From Macrostomum lignano (lineage: Eukaryota): DNA of 64,000 nt. Numbering within the stretch: position 1 is the first letter of the stretch; each line of letters starts with the position of its first letter. Under the pieces are notes generated by a model. The model was not told the origin of the DNA and searched no databases. It saw only the letters and a list, made by a program, of their open reading frames with translations. Below, piece after piece: positions 24,029-42,910 of the stretch. Where the stretch lies: the NCBI GenBank assembly GCA_002269645.1, contig NIVC01002678.1:1-64000 (forward strand). Reading direction: 5' to 3'. The translations under genes and the position numbers were made by a program.

Positions 24029-25202
24029 GGACTTTCTGTGGCTAGTCAGACTCGGTGCTGATGTTTTTTTATGGTGCTGCGCACTTACTAAATAAATAAT
24101 TAGCTATTATCTTTATCAAGATTCCACTCATTCAATATTTGACGCCTCGCTCACCGGTACTTCTGATTTTTTGACGCATAATGTATATCTACGAGTATGT
24201 ACACCTTTACTGCAATTGAACTAAATCAAGCGAATACTGGATTCTATTGTGCATCTATTTGATCGAAATTCTCTATAAATGTATAGGGAACAGGTGTTGG
24301 TTAATGTACATTGTATGGAATATAATACCTAGAGTTTACCATAGAGGGTACCCTGGAGTATCCTGGAGTATAGGCTGATAATCTACGAGTATATAATATA
24401 GATGACAATACAAAACAATAGATACTAGATCCACCCTCCACAAAGTGGTCAGGAAAAGGAGGACAATGTAAAAAACACACTTGGTCGCACATGTACTGTA
24501 GGGGGCGCCATACAGTTAGTTTAATTGTACATGTTTGGCCACCCGATTGCAGGAATGGAGGAAATACATTGGATAGCTCGTACAATGTCACGCATGTCAC
24601 GGCTAAGGAGATCTTTCACGTATACTTTCAAGTTTCACCCATGCAGGCACAACAGCAATTGCATTTAGTTTTTGGCCTTAATATTCCACATAATTTCTAT
24701 CCAATGTTTTTTATCTAACTCTGCGCATCTAATGAAATACGTGGAAACATTGAAATAACAATGGCCAACGAAAGTGTCCAACAATTAGCTAATGGTCACA
24801 GAAATGGTGGAACAATGCTATTTGCACCTGTTACATGTATGTATTTCGGCCACTATTTTAACTCAGCTAAGATGTGCCCCTTGGAAACAACTAACAATCA
24901 GCGCCGCAACCGAGGAGTGTACAAAGAAGTCAATCATTTTTCTAAATAAAGTACATGTATCTTCTGATCTCTCAGCTTTTACATTTCAGAAATTCCTTCC
25001 GTAAACCTTGACACCGCAGAAATACCCCCGTAAGCCTCGACATCTCAGCGATTCCCCAAAGCATCTTTAATGTTCGGCATGACGCTACTTTTATTCTGAC
25101 ATGACGCTTCTTTATGTTTGACAAACGCTTCTTTTATGTTTTTCTTTTCCTTGAGTCTTCTTCAAAATGAAAAAAAGCATTTAACATAAAAAGTTTACAA
25201 TC

Positions 25203-25265
25203 AAATTTGAACCCAGGTCGCTGCATTAGCAGTTCAGTCTGTTCACGTCTTAATGGATGAGCTCT
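25203..25265 (-). other. Possible decayed tRNA-derived (SINE-head-like) relic
   Basis: Minus strand ...CTGAA-CTGCTAA-TGCAG-CGACCTGGGTTCAAAT: an anticodon-like loop (GCT) and a B-box-like GGTTCAAA, but no acceptor stem. Confidence 0.25.
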
Positions 25266-25459
25266 CATTTACTGATGACATGAATTGTAGCGCATACACG
25301 TATACATACTCAGCATCAGTCAAATGTTCCACCTTTCTAAGCGAGATGATTTTTTCACTTATTGCGAGTGACGCAACCTACGGCACGCGCAAAGCTTATT
25401 GCCACTTGGGGGTGGCTTGGGTCTGCTTAATGGTCCAGGCCTGGACATTAAGCAGACCC

Positions 25460-25770
25460 AAGCCCAGGAACAACGCCCCGCCACACCAAGCCGATGCTGT
25501 TAGTCAACTGAAGGAACAGCTACAGCTGCGCACTCTGCGCTGGCCTTCCCGGTCCCCAGACATGGATCCCATCGAGCATGCCTGGGACTTCCTAAAACGT
25601 AGCATTCGAAAAGAGAATCCACCATAGAATGTTGCGGAGAGCTCTGCGTCATGCCATTGAAAACGCTTCGGAGCGGCTTCCCCAGGACTTTCTGCGCTGC
25701 CTCATCCTTGGGATGCCCCACAGAGTCGTCGCACTTCTGCGTGCGAGGGGATTCCACACGCATCGCGATT
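25460..25770 (+). pseudogene. Tc1/mariner transposase C-terminal fragment
   Basis: NNAPPH...WPSRSPDMDPIEHAWDFLKR (DNAxxH / SPDLNPIExxW motifs, degenerate), followed by stops. Confidence 0.85.
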
Positions 25771-28700
25771 CTAACTGAATATAGCATAAAAATTTTATGA
25801 TTTTGTGCGACTGACGTCTACTACGAGTATTGATATTCAATACAGACAATGGCAGCTATGGTCAACTGATGTCATTCAAAGAGGGACTCGATTTAAACAT
25901 CTAGTTGGCCTGCAGCAAACCTGCAGCTCATCACAAAAGTTAAGGAGGGAGAATAAAGGCCAATCTCAAACTTGCAGCTTCGCTTGACGCAACTAAAAAC
26001 GAGACGTTCCATCCCGACTTCGCTCTTTAGGGTGTCTGGAAATACATGCTCGTGTCAAGGGAGATTGCATTGCAAATTATTTCTTATTTCTAGATCAAAA
26101 GCAATTCCGAAACCTTTGTTGCAGGGTTACGGATAGCCAACAAAAATGTGACCATCTGTTGGATCAAGCAGTGCTGGCATCGAGTTCGATGGACGGCAAA
26201 GCATTCTGGCAACCGACTGTTGACTACGAGATACTCGTATGATGCAAAACTAGGAAAACTAGTTTTTTTAATACTCGTATAAATACATGACGCTGTCAAC
26301 ATCTCAAGCTTCAACGGTTTCAATATTTGATTCAATAATTAAATTTTTCGTCATTAAGGGGTCGTACAATAAAGCTGTCGTAGCGTAAGTTCGATCGTGC
26401 GTCGGAACTTTTACACTGCGGAGAGAGAAGCTAAAATCGATCTTATCTTACGATGGCTTTATAGAACAGGCCCAAAGTGTTGAACTGATTCATATACATG
26501 TAGAAGCTTTCATCGCATATAGCGTTCAAGATTACAACAAAAAATACCTGCTCGTACCTGATAAAGTAGTATTTAAGGAATACTTCAGCCCCAAAGTGCC
26601 TAAAATTCAATTTGCAGAGATAGGTGAAACTGGGCACAATAAAGAGAGCCTCAAAGAAAGCTGGGTTATCAAGATCTTACGTTTGCCCACTGGATGAGCG
26701 GCAACAAGCCCCGTGACCGATGGCTGCCCACCAACTTCTCGCTCCCGCCAGACACGCCGCTTCCAGCTGAGGAGGACTTCTGCACCAGCCCAGCGCCGCG
26801 CTATCTGACGCATCCTAACCGCTTGACCCTATTGGTGGGTTGCGTCTTTTGTTCTGTTGTTGCTTTTAATCTGGTTACTTTTAGACCTCTGTTAGGTCTA
26901 ATGAAGAACTTAAAGGCTCGGCCTGCTCTTGAGTAAATCGACGCGATGAGTTGTTGGCTCTCTTTCCAGCCGATCTCTCGGTCTGCTTTAATTATTTGTC
27001 CCTTCATGCCACAGCTCTCTTTAGCCACCGCCAATTCAGTGCGGTCCGCTCGTACGCTCTTATAGTAGAAAAAAGCCATCAAGAACTTACCCTGTTATTC
27101 GCAAGTATTAATATAACACAAGCACACGTACTGCATATGCAATAGTCGCGCGCTCTTTTGTACATGCAGTTGTCAATATTATTCAGACGCTCTCAATGGG
27201 GTAATTAAGATCGTTACGTATTATTCTTATCGACTTTGTTATCTATCAATGACGCTTTTCTAAATTCACCCGCGATTGTACGAGTACACGCGTGCATGAT
27301 AGTGAAAGTCCTACACTGTTGGGCCATTATATCACAGTACTCGTACCAACTACTCCATTGTAAAAAACTGTATCGTTAATAAATATATGACAAAGAAGTG
27401 AACTTATGCCTTTCGAATGCTTTTCAGTAGCCATGTGTTTGTTATATTTGTAGAATAAAATCTGCTTTCACGGCAAAATGTTCATCAATACGAGCGAGTA
27501 AGATAATTTCCTGTGATGCTGAGCATGCTGAATTACTCGGCAATGTAGGCGTACACACCAACTTCAGCGATATTGTGCACGTAATTACTGGATTCAGTTT
27601 CAGCAATCAACAAATATTTTATATCCGCACACCAAAGCAATCGTACATTGAGTACTGACGAAGAATATCAGCGCTGGTTTTACAACTATTAACAAATTTT
27701 TTTTCAGAATTTAATAGAGTGAATTCCAGCAAAGGGACAGCAGAAGAGCCGGAGGTATTTCTTTTGCGCCAGATGATAAACCCTCTCACAGTTGCCGCTT
27801 TGTCCAGTCTGTACTGCAAATAGGATAATTCATCAGGTCCTCCAGCTCCATACCGGCTTCCAAAATTGATTACTCCGTATGTGCTTCGTTATCAACAGTT
27901 CTTTCACATTTGTCAAAGCTCGGATCGCACTTCATGAGCAACTTAGCTGAAAAATTTAGGATAGGCAAAAAGCCAAACAAAAGTAATAAACAAACTGTGG
28001 AAAGCGCAATCACTTACGGTGACATTTCTCCGTGCCAAAGGTAGTGCCAGAGCCGGGGCATAGGTCACAATGCGCCATTCCAATGCGGCGTTTCAGGGCG
28101 AAGTTCAAATCGCAATTGTGGCATTTTTGGGAACCGGGCTCACTGGCGTAGGTGCCAGCGGGACATTTGGAGCACTTGCTGCTGCCTGATTTCAAAGAGA
28201 AAGTACCTGCCGGGCACAAAGTGCAGTTGGCAGCGTTTCCAAGTGAGAATGAGCCTCCTTTGCACAGCTCACATGCTGTGGAGCCTGCGTAACTCCAGCT
28301 TCCAGCAGGGCACTGGCTGCAGTTTGTTGAGGATATTTGGTCAACAAAGCTCCCAGCAGGGCACGGGGTGCAAGAAGCTGACCCAGCCCTACTGGAATAG
28401 CTGCCTTCGGCACACGAAGTGCAGTTTACCGATCCCGCGCTGGGAGTAAACGAGCCTGGAGGGCACTTGGCGCACGGGATGCCCTCGGCTGGACTGAACT
28501 CGCCCCTCGTGCAGTTGTTGGCGCAGCTCACTGAGCCCTCAGCACTCGATGTTCCAGCAGGGCAAGCACTGCAAGATTTCTGACCTGGCTTGTCGGCGAA
28601 GAACCCCGATGAGCACAAATGGCACTGCGCCTGTCTCTCTGCTTTATTGAACTGTCCGACTGGACATGGAGTGCACTCCGTTTGACCTCGCTGAGCTGCG

Positions 28701-30062
28701 AACAAGCCGGCACTGCAGGCCGCGCACGAAGTAGATCCGTTAAAACTGCTTGCTGTTCCAACATGGCACTGCTGGCACTGTACCGATCCTGGCTTGGAAG
28801 CGAAATTTCCTGGACTGCAGAGCATGCAATTCACAGTCGCTTGTGATGCAGAAAAACTTCCAGGAGCGCATGGCAAGCAGTTATGATTTCCCGTTGTGTT
28901 CTTGAAAGTACCTGGTTGGCAGGGCACACACAGGTTTTCCTTGCTGTCACTCAGTTGGTAGCCAACCGGACACTCTGACAAGCACTGCACTGTCCTGACT
29001 CTCCTACCACCAATCGAATTCCACAATTCAACGCGCACATTGCGACACTGGAAGCAGCTGGTGTCATCTTTTGCTAGATTGCAGTCGATGCACTCTTTGT
29101 GACAATCCAGGATGCAGTGACCATCAACCAGCTTGTAGTTATTGTTCAAACACTCCACCTGCGGCATGTCCTTGGTGAGGTGAATGTCCATCAGTGACAC
29201 AGACTTCGAGCCCGCTCCGAACGTGTAGAAAGACAGGCGGCTGTACTGGCTGTCCGGTCGGAACTTGTACCCAGAGTAGACAGTGCCGATCTCGCTGTTC
29301 GAGCCCGCCTTACCGAACTGCATTAGAACTGATCCATTGGCCTGATTCACACACAAGAAGTAGGACTGGTACAGGTTCTTGTCTCCAAGTGTCCCCATTC
29401 CCTTCTGATAGTCTCTCTTTTGCGGTTTCATTGCTTTGTAGAATATCACTCCATCCATATTGATCTGCAGGTAGTACCATGTTGTGTGGTCTCTTGGTAT
29501 GGACGCGAATATAACAAAGATGTCTCCAGCAGTCGCAGCCGTAAAGTAAAGACAGTTTTCTTCCCGATCAGGGTCCAGTCTGTGAGAGTTCAACCAACGA
29601 ACGTTGCACGGAATTGATGCCGCAGCAGTGGAGTTTGCGCCTTTTTGCCCTTCTATCCGAGAAGCTCTAGCAACTGTTGTACCCTCTATCCAGTCTGGAA
29701 GGTTTTGGTTGCGGCGCTTTGATGCAATAAAGTCTAGCGGATCGATATGGAAGAAGCCCGTCTCCTCCTCATAGGTGAGGATGATGCTCCAGATACAGAT
29801 CTTTGTCTCAGCTGGCTTGAAGCCTTCGAGCTGACAGCCTTCGTACAAGTGCGCATGATGGTGCCCTGGCTCGGTCGCAAACCACCTGTCTTTTAGATAC
29901 GTCATCACATACTTGGCTTGCGATTTCAACAAGTTCGGAATATCCTGGGGCAGATCAAAGGATATTAAAAATACTTACTTACTTACTACTGACGGGGGGC
30001 GCAGGCGCCGCGAATAGGCCGCGAGGCCCCTATCGCAACCCCAAGGTAAAAGAGCACAAGGA

Positions 30063-35148
<5,086 letters not shown>

Positions 35149-37667
35149 TTAGCCAGCAGCCAACTACTTAGCAGCCACCTGCCCCGCAAAAAAGCAGCAG
35201 GGGGGATCCGTCCCCCACCAGCAGACCAAGACGAGGAAGCTAGCCGCTTCCACGCCAGGCCAGAACGAAAAGGAGGGGGAAGAGCCTCCTCGAAAAACGA
35301 AAAGCTGGCGGATGTCACAGAGTCCCTCGGTTTAAGTTGCCGTTTGCCCCCCAAAGGATATTAAAAATGGGGATTTCTTGAGCTGCAGAAACGTCAGTGT
35401 GTTGTTATTTGAGTTGAACACGTCGATCTTGGCCAGTGTAGAGCTCTCACAACCGGGTTGTCCTGCTTTCAACTCGTGGGAGGAGGTTGGGAAAGGACCT
35501 TCCGTCATGTACGCAGCTACGGCCTTCTCCAGTGAGAGTCTTCGTCTCTTTAGAGCGTTCTGAAAGTCTTGTTGGTTCTTGTATTTGCAGTAGATTTTAA
35601 CCAATTTAGTTTTAGTCTTGTTGTTAGCAAAGTAAGTCTCCTCATCGAGGTAGTAGCGACGACGAGTTTTGGGCTCCGTCAAAATATTCACTTTGCTTCC
35701 CGCACTTCCAAAACAGCCAAAGTCGCGGTTTCCAGCCGGAAACAGGTCGTCCATGTTCATGTCGAACAGCTGATCGATGGGCTTCAGCTTGAACTCGAAC
35801 GGCTTCACATAGTCATTGATGGAGGCGATCCACCTGTGGTACAGCTCCTTGAATGCCGGAGTGTAAAAGTCAACAAGAGCTTCTGCGATCTCCGGAGTTC
35901 CTCCCTGAGCCTCGACGGTGGTCTGGGTGAACTCGGACCCGCTGGAACTGTGAGACTCTTGATTGCGTTCATTTCTTGTGCTCCTGTACTGGCTCTCAGA
36001 CCTTGCACTGCTCGATTTTGTTGTTGTCGTTTTCTTTCCACCAAGACCCAAAAAGCCTGTCCGAGTGGTTTGCTGAGAATATTTTGACTGCAGCGATGAA
36101 AACATTGACTGGAACTCGGTCTCAGCCAGACTGGCAAACTCTTCCGACGACGCAAACTTGTTTGTCTTTGCTCTCTTTGTGATTTTTAGCTGACCGCCGA
36201 ACTTTCCAGACCGGATAAAATGCGTGCCCCAGCGAAGCAGAAAGTCTTGAAATTTGCTGGCAGCGCCCACTGAAAAGTAGGACTCTGGAAGACTCATGTA
36301 GTCTCTGAGCGCAGCGAAGTTGATGTCATTGGGCTTCACATCATCCAGTGAAATTTTGTACATGATTACACTCACATACATGATGGCAAAGAAATCGTCA
36401 GTAGAACCTTGTTTTCTTGCAGCCTGGGAATACTGTGAATTTTTTGAGGCCGATTGACTGCTCGTTTTTGATGACGAATCGCCAGAGCTTTCTCCTGATC
36501 CAGATGAAATTGAGCCACCCACCGCGCCACCGAGCGTCGCTCCCAAGGCCGCTCCCGCAGGCCCACCCGCTATGGCTCCAATAGCACCACCGACGATTCC
36601 ACCTATCGCACCGAGATTGAACCCAGACGCCTCAGAAGTGCTGTGCTGGTGAGCCTCGCTCAGGAACAAATTTCGCTGCTCTGATAGACCGGCTTTGTCC
36701 CTGATGTAGCTCATGTACTCGTCCGCAGACCGGAACGACTTGGTCTCAGCTGTAGTCTCGAAGATTCCAAACACGTTCATCGTGTCGGGCACGTCCTTGT
36801 CCAGGAAGGTGGCCATGCTGGAGCAGTAGCGCTGCACCAGACTGGCTTTGCGGCTCTCGATCTTGTAGAATCCTCGTCCGTCGAAGCCGACGCCGATGTA
36901 CGCGGCAGCGTCCAGGAGGTTCATGCAGATTGTATTGCCCTTGCCAGGAACCTTGCTGGAGTAGCACTTGCTAGTCTTGGGATAGGATGCACCTGTGCAC
37001 CCATTCATCAACACCGGACCAACTCCCATCGGATAGACATAGACGGGCATCTTGTCTTCTGCGTCTTCCGTCACCTTGTCAGGCTCGCCCACAGTCTCCG
37101 TCATCACCCAACCCGAAGGCTGATAGTTGGAGAATCCGTTGAAGCCCTGCTCGGCCTGCAGACTGATGGATCTGGTGCCCGCTTTCTGCGTCTTTGCCGA
37201 GCGCTCGTTCAGCATGTTCTTTAGAATTTCCTTCGTGATGAGTGGGGTGGCTTGACCGTCAGTTGATTGCGTGAGATCATCCAGCAAGTCCTTGGTCTTC
37301 TTGTCTGAGTTGCTGATTGCGTTTGCAATAGCGTCTACAGCCGGACCGTACTGCTCCAGGGCGTTGGCATCGACAGTCTTGCTGGTGTCTTTTTCTGCAG
37401 CTTCAACTTGAAATCCAAGCAATGCAATTGCGATCACTGCAGCCAGACAGGCGTGCATTTTCGAAGCCAGCAAGTTGCTTCAGACTGGAGTAAAATTCGA
37501 TTGGTTTTGACGCTTCTTGAGTCAGTTCGAGTCGGTTCTGGAGGGGTTTTGAAGGCAACTATGAAAGTGAGCGTTATCCACCAATATATTAAAGATTTGA
37601 AGTGCTAAAATGTTTGAACAATTGGCTGTGAGGTGCTTAGTAAGATAGAGGGAGCCGATGGAAGGAG

Positions 37668-37730
37668 TGGGATGGGGAGGAGAGGGATGGGGAGGAGAGG
37701 GATGGGGAGGAGAGGGATGGGGAGGAGAGG
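37668..37730 (+). repeat. 15-bp repeat (GGATGGGGAGGAGAG x~4) ~210 bp upstream of the copy A start codon
   Basis: Direct reading; orthologous to 56775-56915. Confidence 0.9.
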
Positions 37731-38346
37731 GAGAAATATAAATGCCCGTGTGCCAGTCAGTCGCTAGGTGAGCAATGCTACCAACTGCTTTTGCACGCGT
37801 CGACACAAAACCGACCTCATTCGAATTAAAGAGTAAGAAATGGTTTAAATGTGCCCAAATTATGCAACTACCACACCAGGAAACGATATGTAGTTGTTAT
37901 TTAAAATTCTAAAATCAATAAATAATTGTTGACATTCATAGCCAGTACTTAGCGATTTGAGTGCAGCTAGGATTCAATACGGCTCAGCCTGAGAAGGAAG
38001 AGCAAACACGAGATCAGAATAAGAGTGAGGGCGGACACTTCAAATACAATCCTACTGAATTATTTACACAAAATGAAAATAGTAACAGGGTATTGCTTAA
38101 AGGCATTAAGATTTGAATGCCTCTGAAGAAAAGCATCCGAATGTTATGCTGAAGCAGAAACATCACAGAGCACAGAGGAAGCTATGTGATGCTCAGCACA
38201 ACACAGCACAACTCAGCTCTGCACAGCCCATCTCGAGTGCAAGTGCAAATGAGAACCAAAGCAGAACAGAAGCCTTCGACCACAGACAAATCAGTGACAC
38301 CAGCAACTGGTGACAGCAGGTTCTCATTGTGTTCTCAACTCTGGAG

Positions 38347-38540
38347 CAGGGGTCGGCAAACTCCGGCCCGCTGGCCACATGCAGAACTGGAAGCCTCTCC
38401 ATCAGGCCCTCGGGTCCTTTGAAATTTAACGATAGAAACCCTTCCCCTCAAGATTGGTGTCTCAGCTCTCTCTTTTCTCTCTCCTCTCTCCTCCTCTCTT
38501 TTCTCTCCTCTCTCCCCTCTCCCCATCTCACCTCTCACTC
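38347..38540 (+). mobile_element. Fragment of a hAT-like MITE with a CT-rich interior
   Basis: Begins CAGGGGTCGGCAAACTCCGGCCCGC, typical of non-autonomous hAT ends. Related ends lie on the minus strand at 56645 and ~45554. Confidence 0.55.
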
Positions 38541-38757
38541 ATTTGCTTTTCAATATCATAAATAATACCCACGAATTGCGAAGGTGACTACGAGTTCTCG
38601 TATAATCAACAAAATTTATTTGCTGTAAGTGTTTGCGCAGTCTTAAAGTCTATCTTCTATTATATTCTAAAATGTGCTTTTAGTGTGAAATTACTTTAAG
38701 TTTTGTTCACCGCCTATCCTGACTATCAGATGCTCACAAGTTTTGTTTCACTATGAG

Positions 38758-39025
38758 TTCCCAGGACACGTCACTGGAGATGGCGCCCTTTCCAGGACAC
38801 CCCACTGGAGATGGCGCCCTTCCCAGGACACCCCACTGGAGATGGCGCCCTTCCCAAGACATCCCACTGGAGATGGCGCCCTTCCCAAGACACCCCACTA
38901 GAGATGGCGCCCTTCCCAGGACACCCCACTGGAGATGGCGCCCTTCCCAGGACACCCCACTGGAGATGGCGCCCTTCCCAAGACATCCCACTGGAGATGG
39001 CGCGCTTCCCAGGACACCCCACTAG
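38758..39025 (-). repeat. 31-bp GC-rich minisatellite, ~8.5 units (copy A upstream)
   Basis: Unit TCCCAGGACACCCCACTGGAGATGGCGCCCT. Confidence 0.95.
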
Positions 39026-40080
39026 ATACTCGTAAGAGAGCGCCTGTCTGAATCGTTTTCTGTGCTTATTGAGTGCGATTCGGACACCCAGAAGTTGTCA
39101 TTCGTATCCTGATTTTCGGTCAAATACGCCAATCTTCACATTGGCTTGGTAAAGTTGGATTAGACTCAGGAACCGGTTCAGAAAGTGGCGGGAACTGGGA
39201 TGGGATAAAAGGTAGAAGGGGTAGGGCTTGGGATGGAAACAATAAGTATGAGAATTGATCAACAATGCAATCAAAAAAGGTTTCGTGACGGCAACTTTGA
39301 TGACTCACCTGCCCTGAATGCCGAGTTGGTCTCCTGACGAGATTCCTCCGCCTCGCTTCGCTGTCGAAGAGTCGCAAAACTTGCCGAGACGCCGAGCCGA
39401 ATTTATGGGGCCGCTGCCGAGCCGGGAAGTTTCGAGTCTTCGAGTTTTTCGAATTCCTGGTTGCTGCGGCTGGAATTCGAGATAATTTTTATTTCGATAC
39501 AGCGGCATGAAGTTTTATTGAGAGATCGAACAACAGACCGAACATGTCATGTCAGTTTTAAGTTTAAAATTGAATTGCAATTAGTTAATCGATACATTTG
39601 AAAACTTAAATTCAAAAAACTTTTTGACTAATACAAAACCTAATCAGAAAATGAAAGTTTTAAAAACTTTAACTGTAAAAATGTGAAGCATTTTAAGTTT
39701 CTGAGTGCAGCTAATCAAAAATATTTTTGGTGGTGCCACTGTCTGCAGGAGTACGGAGCCGCAGGATTTAGCGATGTTTTAACTGCATGTTCCGCAGGGC
39801 CAGGGCCCAAGGTTAGATTCAATGCCGGCTCTAAACAGGAGGAGGACCTGGACGGCCGGCCAGGCTTGGGCGCTGTTCTTGCCGGGGAGCGAACCGGATC
39901 GGTCCATTTGGGGAGGATGGCAGATCTTGGCAGCGGCAGAAGCTGCGGGTGGAACTACGACGTAGACGTGTCTGCTGTTTGGTTCCGTCAGCCAGCTTCC
40001 CAGCCTGATTCAGCCGTACATCGACACGCTGACCGGGTATCTCAAGGGCAAATATCTCTGTCTTTCTCCTTCCAAATCGT

Positions 40081-40495
40081 CTGCAACCATCTTCTCTAGC
40101 TCTACTAATGAATTCTCTGCTCAAGCGGCCCTTTTCATCAATGGCACTAGCGTCAACTACACGACTTCTCCGAAGATCCTCGGGGTCACGCTCGATCCCT
40201 TGATGAAGGGGCACCTTCACGCCAAAGCCACTGCTCAGAAGGTCTGGTCGGCCAAACACGTCCTCAGAGCCCTTAGTGGCAGCAGCTGGGGGCAGGACAA
40301 GAAAACGCTGGTCGTCACGTACAAGACTGTAGGCCTGTATTTCAACTACTGCGCCCCAGTCTAGTTAGTCTACTTTGATCAGCAGAAGCAGTTGGCAACT
40401 CCTTCAGACTGCTCAAAATGTGGCCCTCAGAGCCAACACTGGGTGCCATAGCTGCGCACCAATTGGGCACCTGCACGAGAAAACCTTGACTTTGC
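40081..40495 (+). pseudogene. Fragment of a second non-LTR retrotransposon (post-RT thumb region)
   Basis: PKILGVTLDP...ALSGSSWGQDKKTLVVTYK...NYCAPV...LQTAQNVALRANTGC...LHEKT; stops and frameshifts present. Confidence 0.8.
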
Positions 40496-40899
40496 CTGAC
40501 TGCCTTCATTGCGAACTACTGACATGTCTCCGATTGAACTTTGGATTCGTCCCAATGACGTGATTGGTCTGCTTGGCATGCTGTTTCCAAGCCAGGGCAG
40601 CGTTCTGGCCCGCCATTACTACACACACTTTTTCTGGATAGACAGAGTTGGGGTTGCTGGGCCGAATACGGCAGCATCAATTTGGCCATGCGTCAATCAG
40701 TAGCCACGAGAGCAGTCATCTAATTTAGCCGCACCCAGCAGAGCTACAAATGCAAGCGTGGGGCCTGTGGCTTCACCAATCACGCAGATTAAATAGCTCC
40801 GGTCATGATCGATTCTTCGAGAAGTTTTCTGCTGCTGTTGTGTCTGCTGACTGTCGCAATTCCACGCGCGGCCGTCCTCAATGTTGAGACATTGAGCTT

Positions 40900-41690
40900 T
40901 TGGCCTTCAATACGGCACTTTTGCCTCAGTCGGTCCGCCTACAGAGCCCAGCTCAACGGAATCTGACGCTGGCGTCAACACCACCACCGAAGACACCGAA
41001 GACGTGTGGAACCAGCAGTCAGCCGGGCAACCAGTCAGTCAGCAAATCTAGGACGCCGACGTCTACAGCCGCTCAAAGTGGTAGACTTACGCGGATGGTG
41101 ATGACGACACGGGCGTCGACTGCATAGATCCAAGGGCAGTAGGAAGACTGCAGAGAAGTCTGGCCTAGTTAGTAGTGAACAAAAATTCTCTCAACGGCTT
41201 AAGCATTCTGTCGATGCTCAGTGCACGGCAGAACTGCGACGCTGTGCAAAGAATCCGTTGACTGGAAAGGCTGATTCTACCACTTCTGGAAGGCATCAAC
41301 ACATCCTTGCGTACGTCATCTGCAGAATCGAAGTTTAAAACAACCACGGACTTTGAGCCAATTGACTCCTGGGAGCGTTACATTCGCTTCATTTCATCAA
41401 GGCAGATTCAAAGCAGCTTGGTGAAGGATTAGAATAAGTAATAGAGAGTATATGAGGAAGAAAGGGATTAGCCATGAACATAGCTAATGTGATAAATATT
41501 CTTTACAATCGGTCTCTAATTCCTTCCCAGAGGCCGAATGCCTCTCTTCCAGGATGCTCTGTCTGGTTAATTGGAGCGGCCGTGGCGGTGTGCTGAAACA
41601 CTGCAAGGCGCAGCTTCCAGACTGCACCCTGACTGGAAAACAGTTGAGATTCGAGAACGCCGTGAAATTATTTTTTGGTAAGTCAGCGAG
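40900..41690 (+). pseudogene. Degenerate paralog of the CMC accessory gene (exon 4/5 equivalents)
   Basis: FEPIDSWERYIRFISS aligns with WPISTWSKYANFVSS, and VNWSGR...LRFENAVKLFFG|gtaag aligns with VNFNGR...LGFEKVFLRWFQG|gtaag; internal stops. Confidence 0.55.
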
Positions 41691-42366
41691 TCACCCTACT
41701 AATTTCAGTAGGCACTACAGAGCATAAACAAAAAATATGTTGAAATACTTGAAATTCAGGCTAAGAAAAAAAAATCAACAGACGCTGTAAAAGACTTATT
41801 TCCGGCGGACCCAGTCACAAAGTCCATAGAGTCCATAGTCGCATGGTACAATCTGTTGAAGGTATCGACGGCGTCGGGATAATGACAGAATGCTTGAGAC
41901 TAGCTGAGAATGTCCAGCAGTTGAAGCTTGCCCACTGTCGAGGCTTGATCGGCGAAACTAGAGAAATTGGGTGTTCATAGTCACCTAGTGCCACCAGCTG
42001 AAGGTTCAGAAGCTCTACCTGGGTAAAGGCCAATAATCAACAAAGTCAAAGCTGATGCAGACACATGTGGTCGACGTGCTGATGAAATTGGCTTGGCAAG
42101 GCTGCACTGAGGCGCAGTGCTGATTGGCGCACAGGGGTGTATTGAGTACACTGGCGCTTATGGGAAAAATCCGACCTTCTGGCAGAATCGTCGAATATCT
42201 CGACAGTCCGGAAAGCTGGCGACGACTTTACTCGTATTTTTGTTTGAGAAGGTGCGCAACAAAAAGTTAGCCCGTTTTCTAAAATCTCGTGTGCCTGCGT
42301 TGCTCCGTTCCGGCGCAGCAAAGAAATTGTCAGGATAGTTCGACGGGAGGCAAATGGCTTGGTATT

Positions 42367-42910
42367 CCTGCTAATAATACTAGCTCGTACCTGGTATTTT
42401 CTGAACAGCTGGCTTGAACTAATTATACTAATTTCTGCTAATAATACTAGCTCGTATTTCTGAACAGCTGGCTTGAACTAATTATACTAATTCCTGCTAA
42501 TAATACTAGCTCGTATTTCTGAACAGCTGGCTTGAACTAATTATACTAATTCCTGCTAATAATACTAGCTCGTATTTTCTGAACAGCTGGCTTGAACTAA
42601 TTATACTAATTTCTGCTAATAATACTAGCTCGTATTTCTGAACAGCTGGCTTGAACTAATTATACTAATTCCTGCTAATAATACTAGCTCGTATTTCTGA
42701 ACAGCTGGCTTGAACTAATTATACTAATTCCTGCTAATAATACTAGCTCGTATTTCTGAACAGCTGGCTTGAACTAATTATACTAATTCCTGCTAATAAT
42801 ACTAGCTCGTATTTCTGAACAGCTGGCTTGAACTAATTATACTAATTCCTGCTAATAATACTAGCTCGTATTTCTGAACAGCTGGCTTGAACTAATTATA
42901 CTAATTTCTG
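42367..42910 (+). repeat. 59-bp AT-rich minisatellite, ~9 near-identical units
   Basis: TACTAGCTCGTATTTCTGAACAGCTGGCTTGAACTAATTATACTAATTCCTGCTAATAA. Confidence 0.95.

Noticed and set aside
25203-25265. Functional tRNA-Ser(GCT) gene
   Set aside because: No acceptor stem, no clear A-box and no long variable arm; at most a relic.
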